From NCBI GenBank assembly GCA_963726455.1, contig CAVSCK010000004.1:1568001-1632000 (forward strand): DNA of 64,000 nucleotides, in the 5' to 3' direction. The DNA comes from an uncultured bacterium. Its GTDB lineage: Bacteria; Zixibacteria; MSB-5A5; CAIYYT01. The first letter of the stretch is position 1. Each line of letters opens with the position of its first letter. The notes below the pieces were generated by a model. That model was not told where the DNA came from. It worked only from the letters and a program-made list of their open reading frames with translations, and searched no databases. The position numbers and the translations under genes are program-made. This document shows positions 10,514 to 19,789 of the stretch, one piece after another.

Positions 10514-11710
10514 CTAAGTTGTCGAAGTGGGCACCGACTGACGGATATGTCCCTTCGGCACGAATACGCGCACGTCTTCGGGAATGTCGCGCCGCTCATC
10601 ATAATTGCGCAAACGCGCCCGCATAGACAGGTTGACTTCCTGATCTTTCGCAGCCACGAGAATTCCGGTCCGCGTGCGAATGTCTTCCGCGAGCACCATC
10701 GAGTTATTGAGGTCGCGCACCTTGACGACGCGCGTTTCCATTTCGACGGCAACAGGTTGGACATCCTTCAAAACCTCAACAATAAGCGGGTTGTATTCAC
10801 TTTCGCGGCGATGCATCTCCCCGGTTGCCTGCGTTGGGTTATCACCACGACATATGAGGGTGTCGAAATCGAGGGCGACCCGCAGAATCTGTGCTCCCAG
10901 CACACCGGGATCTGCAGGAAGTTCTCCGGACGGATCGTCAGTTTTCGGGAAATCCTTGAATGCCTTCAGTTGGCCCGAGATTGTGGCAGTTACGGCGCCC
11001 AGACGGGGAATACGCGCCAACAATTGGGTGCCCAAATCGGGATGGGCATTGTACATCTTCTTTTCGTCGGCCGTAAGCTCATCCCCGGAGAATACTTTCG
11101 CCAGCGTGTCAGCCGGAATAGAAACGCAGCCGATTTGGGACAGCAGCGCCGCCAACTCCAGGCGCCAGACTTTCTCAACTTTCAACAGTCCTGCGATCTG
11201 GCTGCAATAGTTTTTCAGGCGCGATGCGCGACTGAAAGCCATCGGGTTGGTGAGAGCCAAAATGTCCACCAGCACTTGCACACTGCCGTAAAGCGTCTTT
11301 TCCAACAATTCCTTTTCGGCGGTCTTGTGACGGTGCAATTCCAGGGCTGATTGCAAGGCCCATTCGAGCGTGTCCTTGTGGCACGGTTTTTCCAGGAAGC
11401 GAAAGATATTGCCTTCGTTAACCGCATGCATGGCGGTGCCCAAGTCGGCGTTGCCGGTCAGCATGATGCGAACCGTGTTGGGCGCGATGGCCTGTATTTT
11501 CGACAGCAACTGGATGCCGTTCATATCGGGCATGCGCATGTCCGCGACGACAACTGCGTACGGTCCTTCCTGTTCGACTTTATTCAGACCAGCAATACCG
11601 CCTTCAGCCGTGACAATCTGAAATTTGCCGTGAAACTGACGGGCAATTCCGGCTAGGAGGATCGGATCGTCGTCGACAAAGAGTATCTTTTCAGAATTTT
11701 GACTAACCAT
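10514..11710 (-). CDS. Response regulator with degenerate HD-type domain
   Basis: REC domain (FVDDD, ADMRMP, FLEKP). AALLSQIG where HD domains have AAxLHDIG. Confidence 0.8.
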   Translation of the reverse strand: MVSQNSEKILFVDDDPILLAGIARQFHGKFQIVTAEGGIAGLNKVEQEGPYAVVVADMRMPDMNGIQLLSKIQAIAPNTVRIMLTGNADLGTAMHAVNEGNIFRFLEKPCHKDTLEWALQSALELHRHKTAEKELLEKTLYGSVQVLVDILALTNPMAFSRASRLKNYCSQIAGLLKVEKVWRLELAALLSQIGCVSIPADTLAKVFSGDELTADEKKMYNAHPDLGTQLLARIPRLGAVTATISGQLKAFKDFPKTDDPSGELPADPGVLGAQILRVALDFDTLICRGDNPTQATGEMHRRESEYNPLIVEVLKDVQPVAVEMETRVVKVRDLNNSMVLAEDIRTRTGILVAAKDQEVNLSMRARLRNYDERRDIPEDVRVFVPKGHIRQSVPTSTT

Positions 11711-11733
11711 ATCTATTCTCCGCTCAAGCTTAT

Positions 11734-12921
11734 TTACTCTATCATACTGACTTCGCGCAACCGATCAAGACGCTCGGCAAGTTGTAGACGCGTGATATAA
11801 TCCATGTCCAGAAAATCACTCAGATTTGCTCCGGCGCCGGCATTAACGAATGCATTTGCCAGATGGACGGCGGTCAGAACACTGGGCACCATGCTGACGT
11901 TTGCGGCGGGGTTGTGGTGAAACGCCACGGCCTCAACTATCGAATCGGGCAGGCCCCAGATCGAAAGCAGGTGCGCTCCCAAATCGGCATGGCTGACTCC
12001 GGTAATTTGTTTCTCGGCCTCGTGAACTTTGATGTTCAACTGTTTGGACAGTTCCTGTGCCGATTTCATTTCTTTGCGAAAATGAGTGAGCGAAATCAAC
12101 TGACCGATATCATGCATCATTCCGGCCATCAGGGCGTCCTCGCACAGCCGCAGGTCCAATCCCAGTTCCTTGGCTGCCCGCTTGGCGGCAGCACCTACGG
12201 CCAGACTGTGGAAATAGATTGAGTCTACGGAAATACCGCCGAGCGGATTGGTGCTTGATTGCGAGAATATTCCGACCGTGAGCACCAGCGCGCGCACCGT
12301 TTCCAATCCAAGAAGGTTGACGGCCCGCAGGGGGCTCTCCACGCGAGTTGGCAGGCCGAAGAATGCCGAGTTAACAACTTGCAGAATCTTTGCCGTCATG
12401 GCAATGTCCTGGGCAATAATGTCGGCGACGGCCTTTACCGAACCCTCTTCCGACTGCAATTCGGCGACTAGCTTGTTATAGATCGCCGGCGGTGTCGGCA
12501 AAGTCTGGATTTCGGTTAACCGTGCATGCAGAGTCGGGTTGCTCAGCAGACTCTTGAGCGCCAGTGAACGACTGATGGCGTTTCGCAGGGCTTCAGGATC
12601 GCACGGCTTCGCAAGATACTGATGGGCGAATCCGACGGACTGCATGATCAGCTCCCGGTCGGAATGTCCCGAAAGGATAAAGCGTACGGTGCCGGGATAC
12701 TTCTTGTAGATCTCTTTCAGCAGATCGGCGCCGGTCATTCCCGACATTCTCATGTCGGAAACCACCACGTCCGGTACTTCCTTGGCCATCTGGTCGAGAG
12801 CTTCCACGCCGCTGGTGGCAAATCGTAATTCAAATTCGTTGCGGAAAGGATGCATCATGCGGCGCAGGCCGTTCAGGACGTTCTGATCATCGTCGACAAA
12901 TAGGATGCTACGAGTCGGCAT
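11734..12921 (-). CDS. REC-HDOD response regulator
   Basis: REC domain plus HDOD motifs (AKILQVVNSAFFGLP, GMMHDIG, WGLP). Confidence 0.85.
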   Translation of the reverse strand: MPTRSILFVDDDQNVLNGLRRMMHPFRNEFELRFATSGVEALDQMAKEVPDVVVSDMRMSGMTGADLLKEIYKKYPGTVRFILSGHSDRELIMQSVGFAHQYLAKPCDPEALRNAISRSLALKSLLSNPTLHARLTEIQTLPTPPAIYNKLVAELQSEEGSVKAVADIIAQDIAMTAKILQVVNSAFFGLPTRVESPLRAVNLLGLETVRALVLTVGIFSQSSTNPLGGISVDSIYFHSLAVGAAAKRAAKELGLDLRLCEDALMAGMMHDIGQLISLTHFRKEMKSAQELSKQLNIKVHEAEKQITGVSHADLGAHLLSIWGLPDSIVEAVAFHHNPAANVSMVPSVLTAVHLANAFVNAGAGANLSDFLDMDYITRLQLAERLDRLREVSMIE

Positions 12922-15900
12922 GTGCTACCTCCTGTCTGGTTATCGGCAGACGAACATAGAAGGTTGTGCCTTCACCCACCCTGCTGTCGAAAGTGATCGA
13001 GCCCTTGTGTTTCTCGATGACGATGGAGCGTGCAATTGCCAGCCCCTGGCCGGTTCCCCTGCCGACCTGCTTGGTCGTAAAGAAATGCTCGAAGATTCGA
13101 TGCCGGATACTCTCCGGGATACCGCAACCGCTATCGGAAACAGACACGATGACCGTTCCGCCGTCGCGCTTGGTTCTGACAGTGATGGTTCCCCTACCCT
13201 GTGAACCGTCACCGACCTTGTCCTGGATGGCATGGGCGGCATTGATCAGCAGATTGAGGAACACCTGATTGAGATCATTGCGGAAACATTCGATCTGCGG
13301 GAGGTCGACATCCAGTTCCTTGACCACATCCGCCACGTACTTGAGCTCATTTCGTGCGATAGTAACGGTGGTGTCCAGCATCTGGTTGACGTCGGCCAGG
13401 ACCATTTCGCGTTCATCACTGTGCGAGAAGTCTTTCATGGCACGCACGATGGTTGATACTCTGCGGACACCCTCCAGACTTTGTTCGACCGCCTGCGGAA
13501 TCTCCGATTTCAAATAGCTGACGTCGGTGCGCTCTTCTATACTTTTCAACTGAGCCATCTCGTCGCGTTCACCCACTTCGGAAGATATTTTCTCGCGGCA
13601 TTCGCGGTAATGGTCGAGCAAATCAATTATACTGGTGAAAGAATCGGCGAGGAAGCGAATGTTGTCGCCGACGAATTGAATCGGAGTATTGATCTCGTGC
13701 GCAATTCCCGCCGCCAGCGAGCCCACGGCCTCGAGCTTCTGGGCTTGCCGAAGTTGGGATTCGAGTTCCAATTGCTGCGTAATGTCGCGGAGGTGGCAGG
13801 CAACGCCGGTGCCGACAGCCCAGACATGAATGCTGAGGACTGTTTTCGAGTCGCCCCTGACGAAATGCAGGTGTTCGATAATGACCGGCTTGCCGCGTTC
13901 ATGAACTCGCAGGAACAAGTCATGCAGATCGTAGTCCTGAACGCCCTCCATCAGGTGGCGGACATTTCGTCCCACGACATCGGGGCGTTCTTTGCCAAGT
14001 ATTATCAGTGCGGCCGGGTTGGCTTCCGAGCACAAGAATTCGTCTACGTCGCCGTCCTGTGTCATCCGCGCATCCCACAGCGTAAGTCCATCGACCATGC
14101 CGTCGATACTCAAACGTAAGCGTTCATCAGCCCAGCGGGCACGGATTTCCAGTTCGCGTTCTTCAGTGACGTCACGGATGAATAGCACGTAATTTGCAAC
14201 TTCGCCGAAGGAGGAACCGATCGGCGAGATGGTCTGATCCATCACGCGGAACAGGCCGTCCTCGCCTTTGTAGGCGACCGTGTCAGTGCAGGATTCGCCC
14301 TGTTTCAGGCGATCCCAGGGAATTGAATAGAGCTTGTTGGCGTAGATTCGCCGCACCAAAGCCTCGAAATAACGGCCAACCGCTTGGTCGGCGGCCACAC
14401 CGGTAATGGTCGCGAAAGCTCGATTCACGTAAACGATGGTTCCGGCGGCATCCAGCACAACAATGGCTTCCGGGGCGCCGTCGATGACCGACATGAATTT
14501 GGACCGCTCCTCGGCGATGCGATTGCGCTCCGTCATGTCACGGAAGACTCCAAACAGGCCGGTAAAGTGTCCATCATCGTCATATTGCGGAGTCGCAGTT
14601 AAGAGAATATCGCGAAGCTCGTCATCGGTACGTCTGATCCGCAGTTCGCAGGTACGAGGCGAATCCGGCGGGCCATCCAGAATTTCGCGCTTGAACGCTT
14701 CAAACTTGGGACCGTCGAAATATTCCAAGACGGACTTGCCCACCAGTTGACCAGTATCGGCGCCGAAAATCCGCTCAGCAGCAGGATTGGCGAACGTGAA
14801 GCGATCGCCGATGCCGATAGTAGCGGCGCCTTCGCCCTGGCTTTGTATCAGCGTGCGATATCGCTTTTCGCTTTCCCGTAAAGCAACCTCGACTTGCTTG
14901 CGCTCATTGATGTCGATAAGTGTCGCGGCAATACCGGCGACTCTGCCCTCAGGGTCACGGTAGGCCGCTTTGTAATATATGACTTCGCGGTCAGTGCCGT
15001 CCAGGAACTGCAGGCGCGTTTCGTAAAATCGTTTTCCGCCTTCGGCAAGCAACTCCCTGTCGGCCTGCTGAAGTTTCTCCGCTGTGTCTTTGTTCAGCAG
15101 GTCGTAAACCGACTTGCCGACTACCTCGGACTTATCCTTGCCGACAAAGGCCTCAAACGACTTGTTGCAGCCGGTATACCGAAGATTGATGTCCTTGATA
15201 TAGACCGGCGTTGGGATGGTATCTATTACGGTCTGGAGAAACTCCAGTTGTTGACGGACGCGATTGTCGGCGTTCTTGCGATCGGTGATATCGTGAACAT
15301 ATTCTACCACGCCGACGGCTTTTCCGGTGTCACCTATGAGTGGATGCGCGTACAGTTCCAAGCAGCGGTGCTCGCCGGAAGGTGATACATACGGAACTTC
15401 ATGTGTACACGGGGACAAGGTCTCCATCGCCTGAAGCGCCGGACATTCGGCACAGAACTGATCGGTGCCGTGATAGACTTCGTAACACTGTCTGCCGACC
15501 AGCGGCATACGGTGGGAATACCATTGCTCCATGGTCTTGTTGGTGCGAATGATCTTCAGATCGCGGCCTGCAACGCTGATGCCGTCCTGGATGCCGTCCA
15601 TTACTTCCCGCAAGAAATTTTCACTTTCGCGAACGGCGGATTCCGCACGTTCGCGTTCGGCAATCTCATGTTCCAGTTGCTGTTTGTGATCCACTGACTC
15701 CATGACCAGACGCGCCAGTTTCCCGAACTCGTCGAACTTCCGCGCCAGCGAAACAAGAATCTGCGGCCGGTTGGTGGCAAGACTTTCGGATATCAGGGAG
15801 AGCGGACGCCTGACGAGTCGATAGAGCGAAACGGCCAACATTGCCAGAACGGTCAGGAGGAACAACGCTACAATCTCTGCCTGTCTACGCAGTACGGTCT

Positions 15901-16651
15901 CCATGGTGTGGGATTCCGATATCGCATACTTGGAGTCCAAACAAGCTACCGGCTCTCCGTGCAGTCCGTTCAAGGTACTATGAATTGGGACTGCTGTGTC
16001 CGTTCTGTTAGTGAGTGAATCCTGTACAGCAGCCATTCCGACAGTGTCGATGCCGAGAGTCGATCCGGTATAACGAGCGAGACGTTCGAGGTAGGTGGGC
16101 GACCAAAGCCGTCCGACGAAAAGGTAACCTTTGGCCGGCGTCAACCTGAGAGTATCGATTGTCGGCTGAATGGGCGCCTGACGCACCTCGATGATGCCCC
16201 ACCTGGAATTCACGAAAAAGTAGCGGAAACGTGGGCCATTGATTATAAAGCTGCGATCAGCCGATGATACCGGCACAACCGACCTACTGCTATCACCGAA
16301 AGTATTTACGGAATAGACAAGTCGAGTGCTATCGTCATAAACCCAGGCAGCATCGGCGGAAAAACTGCGTAAGGAGGCATCGATATTGACTTGCGCCCAC
16401 TGGAGATCGACGGTTTTGACGAATTGTACCATTTCGTCCCAGCGGCTATAGTCATCGGCGAACGAATTCAGAGATATGCTGCTGAGGTCGACGACGCGGC
16501 TGACGAGTTCCACACGTTCGTCCTTCTCGAATGCCAGATTCCGATCCAGCAATCGATTCTGGTTGCTGAAGGACCAGAGCAGGACTGCGCCAAAAATCGC
16601 CGCAGTCAGAATCAGAATTGCCAGAAGCTTGGTACTAGTCGATGTCAGCAC
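12908..16651 (-). CDS. CHASE4, multi-PAS sensor histidine kinase
   Basis: TM, CHASE4-like (DDYSRWDEM), TM, several PAS/PAC domains, H-box AHEINTP, N-box NAAHA, G-boxes DSGCG and GTGQGL. Confidence 0.9.
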   Translation of the reverse strand: MLTSTSTKLLAILILTAAIFGAVLLWSFSNQNRLLDRNLAFEKDERVELVSRVVDLSSISLNSFADDYSRWDEMVQFVKTVDLQWAQVNIDASLRSFSADAAWVYDDSTRLVYSVNTFGDSSRSVVPVSSADRSFIINGPRFRYFFVNSRWGIIEVRQAPIQPTIDTLRLTPAKGYLFVGRLWSPTYLERLARYTGSTLGIDTVGMAAVQDSLTNRTDTAVPIHSTLNGLHGEPVACLDSKYAISESHTMETVLRRQAEIVALFLLTVLAMLAVSLYRLVRRPLSLISESLATNRPQILVSLARKFDEFGKLARLVMESVDHKQQLEHEIAERERAESAVRESENFLREVMDGIQDGISVAGRDLKIIRTNKTMEQWYSHRMPLVGRQCYEVYHGTDQFCAECPALQAMETLSPCTHEVPYVSPSGEHRCLELYAHPLIGDTGKAVGVVEYVHDITDRKNADNRVRQQLEFLQTVIDTIPTPVYIKDINLRYTGCNKSFEAFVGKDKSEVVGKSVYDLLNKDTAEKLQQADRELLAEGGKRFYETRLQFLDGTDREVIYYKAAYRDPEGRVAGIAATLIDINERKQVEVALRESEKRYRTLIQSQGEGAATIGIGDRFTFANPAAERIFGADTGQLVGKSVLEYFDGPKFEAFKREILDGPPDSPRTCELRIRRTDDELRDILLTATPQYDDDGHFTGLFGVFRDMTERNRIAEERSKFMSVIDGAPEAIVVLDAAGTIVYVNRAFATITGVAADQAVGRYFEALVRRIYANKLYSIPWDRLKQGESCTDTVAYKGEDGLFRVMDQTISPIGSSFGEVANYVLFIRDVTEERELEIRARWADERLRLSIDGMVDGLTLWDARMTQDGDVDEFLCSEANPAALIILGKERPDVVGRNVRHLMEGVQDYDLHDLFLRVHERGKPVIIEHLHFVRGDSKTVLSIHVWAVGTGVACHLRDITQQLELESQLRQAQKLEAVGSLAAGIAHEINTPIQFVGDNIRFLADSFTSIIDLLDHYRECREKISSEVGERDEMAQLKSIEERTDVSYLKSEIPQAVEQSLEGVRRVSTIVRAMKDFSHSDEREMVLADVNQMLDTTVTIARNELKYVADVVKELDVDLPQIECFRNDLNQVFLNLLINAAHAIQDKVGDGSQGRGTITVRTKRDGGTVIVSVSDSGCGIPESIRHRIFEHFFTTKQVGRGTGQGLAIARSIVIEKHKGSITFDSRVGEGTTFYVRLPITRQEVAHADS

Positions 16652-16690
16652 TTCGGCACCTCACCGTAACCCGGGGTCATTAGTGATCGT

Positions 16691-18055
16691 CTATTCCTTG
16701 GTAATGTTGTACTTCTTGACCTTACGCCAGAGCGTGGTTCGCCCGATTCCCAGTTTGCCGGCTGTTATGGAATAGTTCCACTTGTTATCCTTCAAACTGC
16801 GAAGGATGTGATCCCTCTGCATGTCGACCAAGGAGACGTTGCCGGAAACACCGTCGCGCCGGTCAACATCCAGCAATTCGGATTTGGACAGCGGCTTCAT
16901 CAGGAACAGATTGTCCACGTCGATCAGATCGAGGTTCGACAAAGCGACCGCGCGTTTGATCGTGTTTTCCAGTTCGCGGACATTCCCGGGCCAATCATGC
17001 CGGATCAGGCGATCACAAGCGGCATCGCTCAGGCGCTTCACCGGTTTGTTGAAATGCTGGCAGTACTTATGCAGGAAATGATTTGCCAGTGGGATGATAT
17101 CGTCACGCCGCTCGGCGAGAGACGGCAAGTGAATCGAAATGACGTTGAGACGGTAATACAGGTCTTCGCGGAATGTGCCCTGCGCCACCAGGGATTCGAG
17201 ACTTTTGTTGGTGGCGGCAATTACGCGCACGTTGGTTTTGCAGGTTTGGTTCGAGCCGACCGGCCGGATTTCCTCTTCCTGCAGAACGCGCAACAGCTTG
17301 GCCTGAAGGGACGGCGAGGTATCACCGACTTCATCGAGGAAGACGGTGCCACCGTTCGCTTCTTCAAACAGACCCTTCTTATTGGAGGTCGCCGAAGTGA
17401 ATGCACCTTTGACATGGCCGAAAAGCTCGGATTCCAGAAGTAAGTCAGGCATGGCGGAGCAATTTATGGCAACGAATTTACCGTCACGGCGGGCGGAGTT
17501 GTTGTGAATCGCTTTGGCGAACAGCTCCTTACCGGTGCCGGATTCGCCACTGACCAGAACGTTGATTTCCTGCGGAGCTATCTGTTTGACAACGTCGATT
17601 ATCTTGCGCACGGCTTCGGAACTCCCGACGATGTTGTCGAAGTTGTAGGAATCGGCAAATGCCTTGCGCAGATGCTTCAGCTCGTTTTTTAGTTTCTTAT
17701 GGTTGAGCACCTTCTCGGCAACCATCATCAACTCGGCATCCTCGAAGGGCTTGGTCAGATAATCGGATGCGCCACGCTTTATCGCCTGCACGGCGGTGTC
17801 GATTGAACCATAGCCGGTGACCATGATCACTTCGGTTTCCGGCATGACGGTCTTAACGGTGTCGATAATGTCAAGTCCGGAGTCATCGGAGACACGCAGA
17901 TCGGTAATGACAAGGTCGAAGATTCGGTGCTCCAGGATCGCTTTGGCGGCTGTGGCGGTATGGACAACGTCGACGGCGTTGCCGTTACGCTCGAGCAGCA
18001 CTTTGAGAGCGGCAGCCAGGTTCTGATCATCATCGACGACTAGAATGGAGGACAT
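16691..18055 (-). CDS. sigma54-dependent NtrC/Fis-family response regulator
   Basis: REC domain, GESGTGKE Walker A, GAFTSA loop, WPGNVREL, C-terminal HTH. Confidence 0.93.
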   Translation of the reverse strand: MSSILVVDDDQNLAAALKVLLERNGNAVDVVHTATAAKAILEHRIFDLVITDLRVSDDSGLDIIDTVKTVMPETEVIMVTGYGSIDTAVQAIKRGASDYLTKPFEDAELMMVAEKVLNHKKLKNELKHLRKAFADSYNFDNIVGSSEAVRKIIDVVKQIAPQEINVLVSGESGTGKELFAKAIHNNSARRDGKFVAINCSAMPDLLLESELFGHVKGAFTSATSNKKGLFEEANGGTVFLDEVGDTSPSLQAKLLRVLQEEEIRPVGSNQTCKTNVRVIAATNKSLESLVAQGTFREDLYYRLNVISIHLPSLAERRDDIIPLANHFLHKYCQHFNKPVKRLSDAACDRLIRHDWPGNVRELENTIKRAVALSNLDLIDVDNLFLMKPLSKSELLDVDRRDGVSGNVSLVDMQRDHILRSLKDNKWNYSITAGKLGIGRTTLWRKVKKYNITKE

Positions 18056-19197
18056 TGCGATTCCCTTTCTATATTCTGATTTTTTTGTTCATCGCGAATC
18101 AAGGGTAAGGATATCGTCACAATCGTGTGGCCGTGCGAGGATACCGCGCGCATCGTACCGCCAAGGTAGCCGACGTAGCGGCGGGCAATTGTCAATCCCA
18201 GTCCGGCATGGCCGCTCTTGGTAGTTTGGAACGGCTGCACGAAAGTGCTATCGAAGTCGTTTTCTGCTATTTCACCAGTGTTCTTGATCAGGATCGTCGC
18301 GCGACTATCGGCCACGCACCAGCGCAATGAGACCTGCCCGTTGCCGGACGCTTCATGCGCATTTCTGAGTACTTCAAAGACTGATCGGTTAAGAAGCTTC
18401 AGATCGGCGGTAATGCGTTGCTCATCAATTTCCGGAACGTAGACGGTGTGACAGGAATTCTCGCAATCGTGCTGATGCACGAGCGACTGAACCGCAGCCC
18501 CCAGCCCCAGTTCACGTAAAGTGATGCGCAACGGTTCGAAGGCCATCAAGTATCTCTTGAGTAGCTCCTCTTGCGTAATCGCCGCGGTTTCAATGATCTT
18601 GGCTAACGTATAGTCATCCGGATGCAAACTCGACAACTCGGTGGTCGCAAGCTGATTACTTGCCGACATGATTGCCGCCAGTGAATTTCGTAGTCGATGC
18701 GCAAACTTGGGGGCGTTATAGGCCGGATCACAATTGCCAGAAACCGGCTCCGACACGCGATCGGACTGGATTGTACCGTGCCGGTTGTCCAATCTATTTG
18801 TAACGGCTGTCGTCGCTTGCGGGCTGGAAGATGTCAATGTCTCCAAGTAATCGCTCAACACCACCGCCGTGGTATCGAAGATGCTTTGACGCGAGTTCTG
18901 CGAAAGATCACTGATGCTGAATCTGAGTGAAAGTACGTGAGCGCCATCTTTGAATGTCAAAGGCAGATCGATGCGCGACTCTTCGGTCTGACGATCACCT
19001 TCAGCGTCGACCTCAACGGGGACAATCTGCATCTCGATTCCGGTAACTCGGAACAAAGCTCCAAGTCGGCGATCGATTTCAACCTGAAACAGATTGTGAG
19101 TCAGCAAACCGGCCAGCGAGCTAAGAATGTCTCGCAGGGATTCCGGTATGTGATTGACTATAAGTGATTGCTTACTGCAATCGGTCGTTGTCATCAA
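18040..19197 (-). CDS. Divergent cytoplasmic histidine kinase
   Basis: FAHRLRNSL H-box, RNAHEA N-box, FQTTKSGHAGLGL G2 box; G1 is degenerate. Confidence 0.7.
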   Translation of the reverse strand: MMTTTDCSKQSLIVNHIPESLRDILSSLAGLLTHNLFQVEIDRRLGALFRVTGIEMQIVPVEVDAEGDRQTEESRIDLPLTFKDGAHVLSLRFSISDLSQNSRQSIFDTTAVVLSDYLETLTSSSPQATTAVTNRLDNRHGTIQSDRVSEPVSGNCDPAYNAPKFAHRLRNSLAAIMSASNQLATTELSSLHPDDYTLAKIIETAAITQEELLKRYLMAFEPLRITLRELGLGAAVQSLVHQHDCENSCHTVYVPEIDEQRITADLKLLNRSVFEVLRNAHEASGNGQVSLRWCVADSRATILIKNTGEIAENDFDSTFVQPFQTTKSGHAGLGLTIARRYVGYLGGTMRAVSSHGHTIVTISLPLIRDEQKNQNIERESQCPPF

Positions 19198-19257
19198 AGC
19201 CCAAACGTCCCTGTTTTCAAGTCAGGTTTAGAATTGAAAAGCTTTCTGCTATTTTCC

Positions 19258-19284
19258 ATATCGGAACACCTGCGGAATTATTGA
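19258..19284 (-). promoter_or_regulatory. sigma28 (FliA)-like promoter for the signalling operon
   Basis: TCAA-N15-TCCGATAT versus consensus TAAA-N15-GCCGATAA. Confidence 0.45.
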
Positions 19285-19369
19285 GCGTTCCGAAGAAAAA
19301 AAGCGCGGATTTGGTGGAATAAAGTTCCGGTCAGCGTTGGGGCGCCGATCAAGTCAATTCTGGCCTGCT

Positions 19370-19391
19370 GTAGGAGCGGCTTTAGCCGCGA
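19370..19391 (+). repeat. GTAG-family REP element
   Basis: GTAGGAGCGGCTTTAGCCGCGA; one mismatch to the REP at 37821-37842. Confidence 0.8.
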
Positions 19392-19489
19392 CAATAGCTG
19401 AAACCGCGGCAACTCTGATCACTTCCGAAACAACTTACCGGGACGTCACAGGGCGCCCCATATTTCGCAGACTGGCGGTCAGAACCTGG

Positions 19490-19789
19490 CTATGGCGTGT
19501 GCAGCCAGCCGCTGGTGGTTTGCGGTTGCTCGCGGTCGGCCTGCCCTTTCCAGACTCGGGTGTTGTCGGTTCCGTGCTGGTGGATCAGATAGGCACAATC
19601 GGGCTGGCTGCAGACCCAGTTGGTGCTGCGGTCAGTCAGTAGAGGCAGCAGAATTCCCCTGCCGCATACGGGACATGTGATTGGATCTGCCATTGACAAT
19701 ATCTCCTCGAAAAATTTCTTTCTTCTGCGTCTGCGTTCGGCAGCTTTGGCGGCAGCCGCCGCGGTACCCCCGCCACTGCTGGCCATCAC
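19490..19789 (-). CDS. Small zinc-ribbon protein
   Basis: CPVCG...WVCSQPDC; TGA/ATG overlap with the S9 peptidase stop. Confidence 0.6.
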   Translation of the reverse strand: MMASSGGGTAAAAAKAAERRRRRKKFFEEILSMADPITCPVCGRGILLPLLTDRSTNWVCSQPDCAYLIHQHGTDNTRVWKGQADREQPQTTSGWLHTP

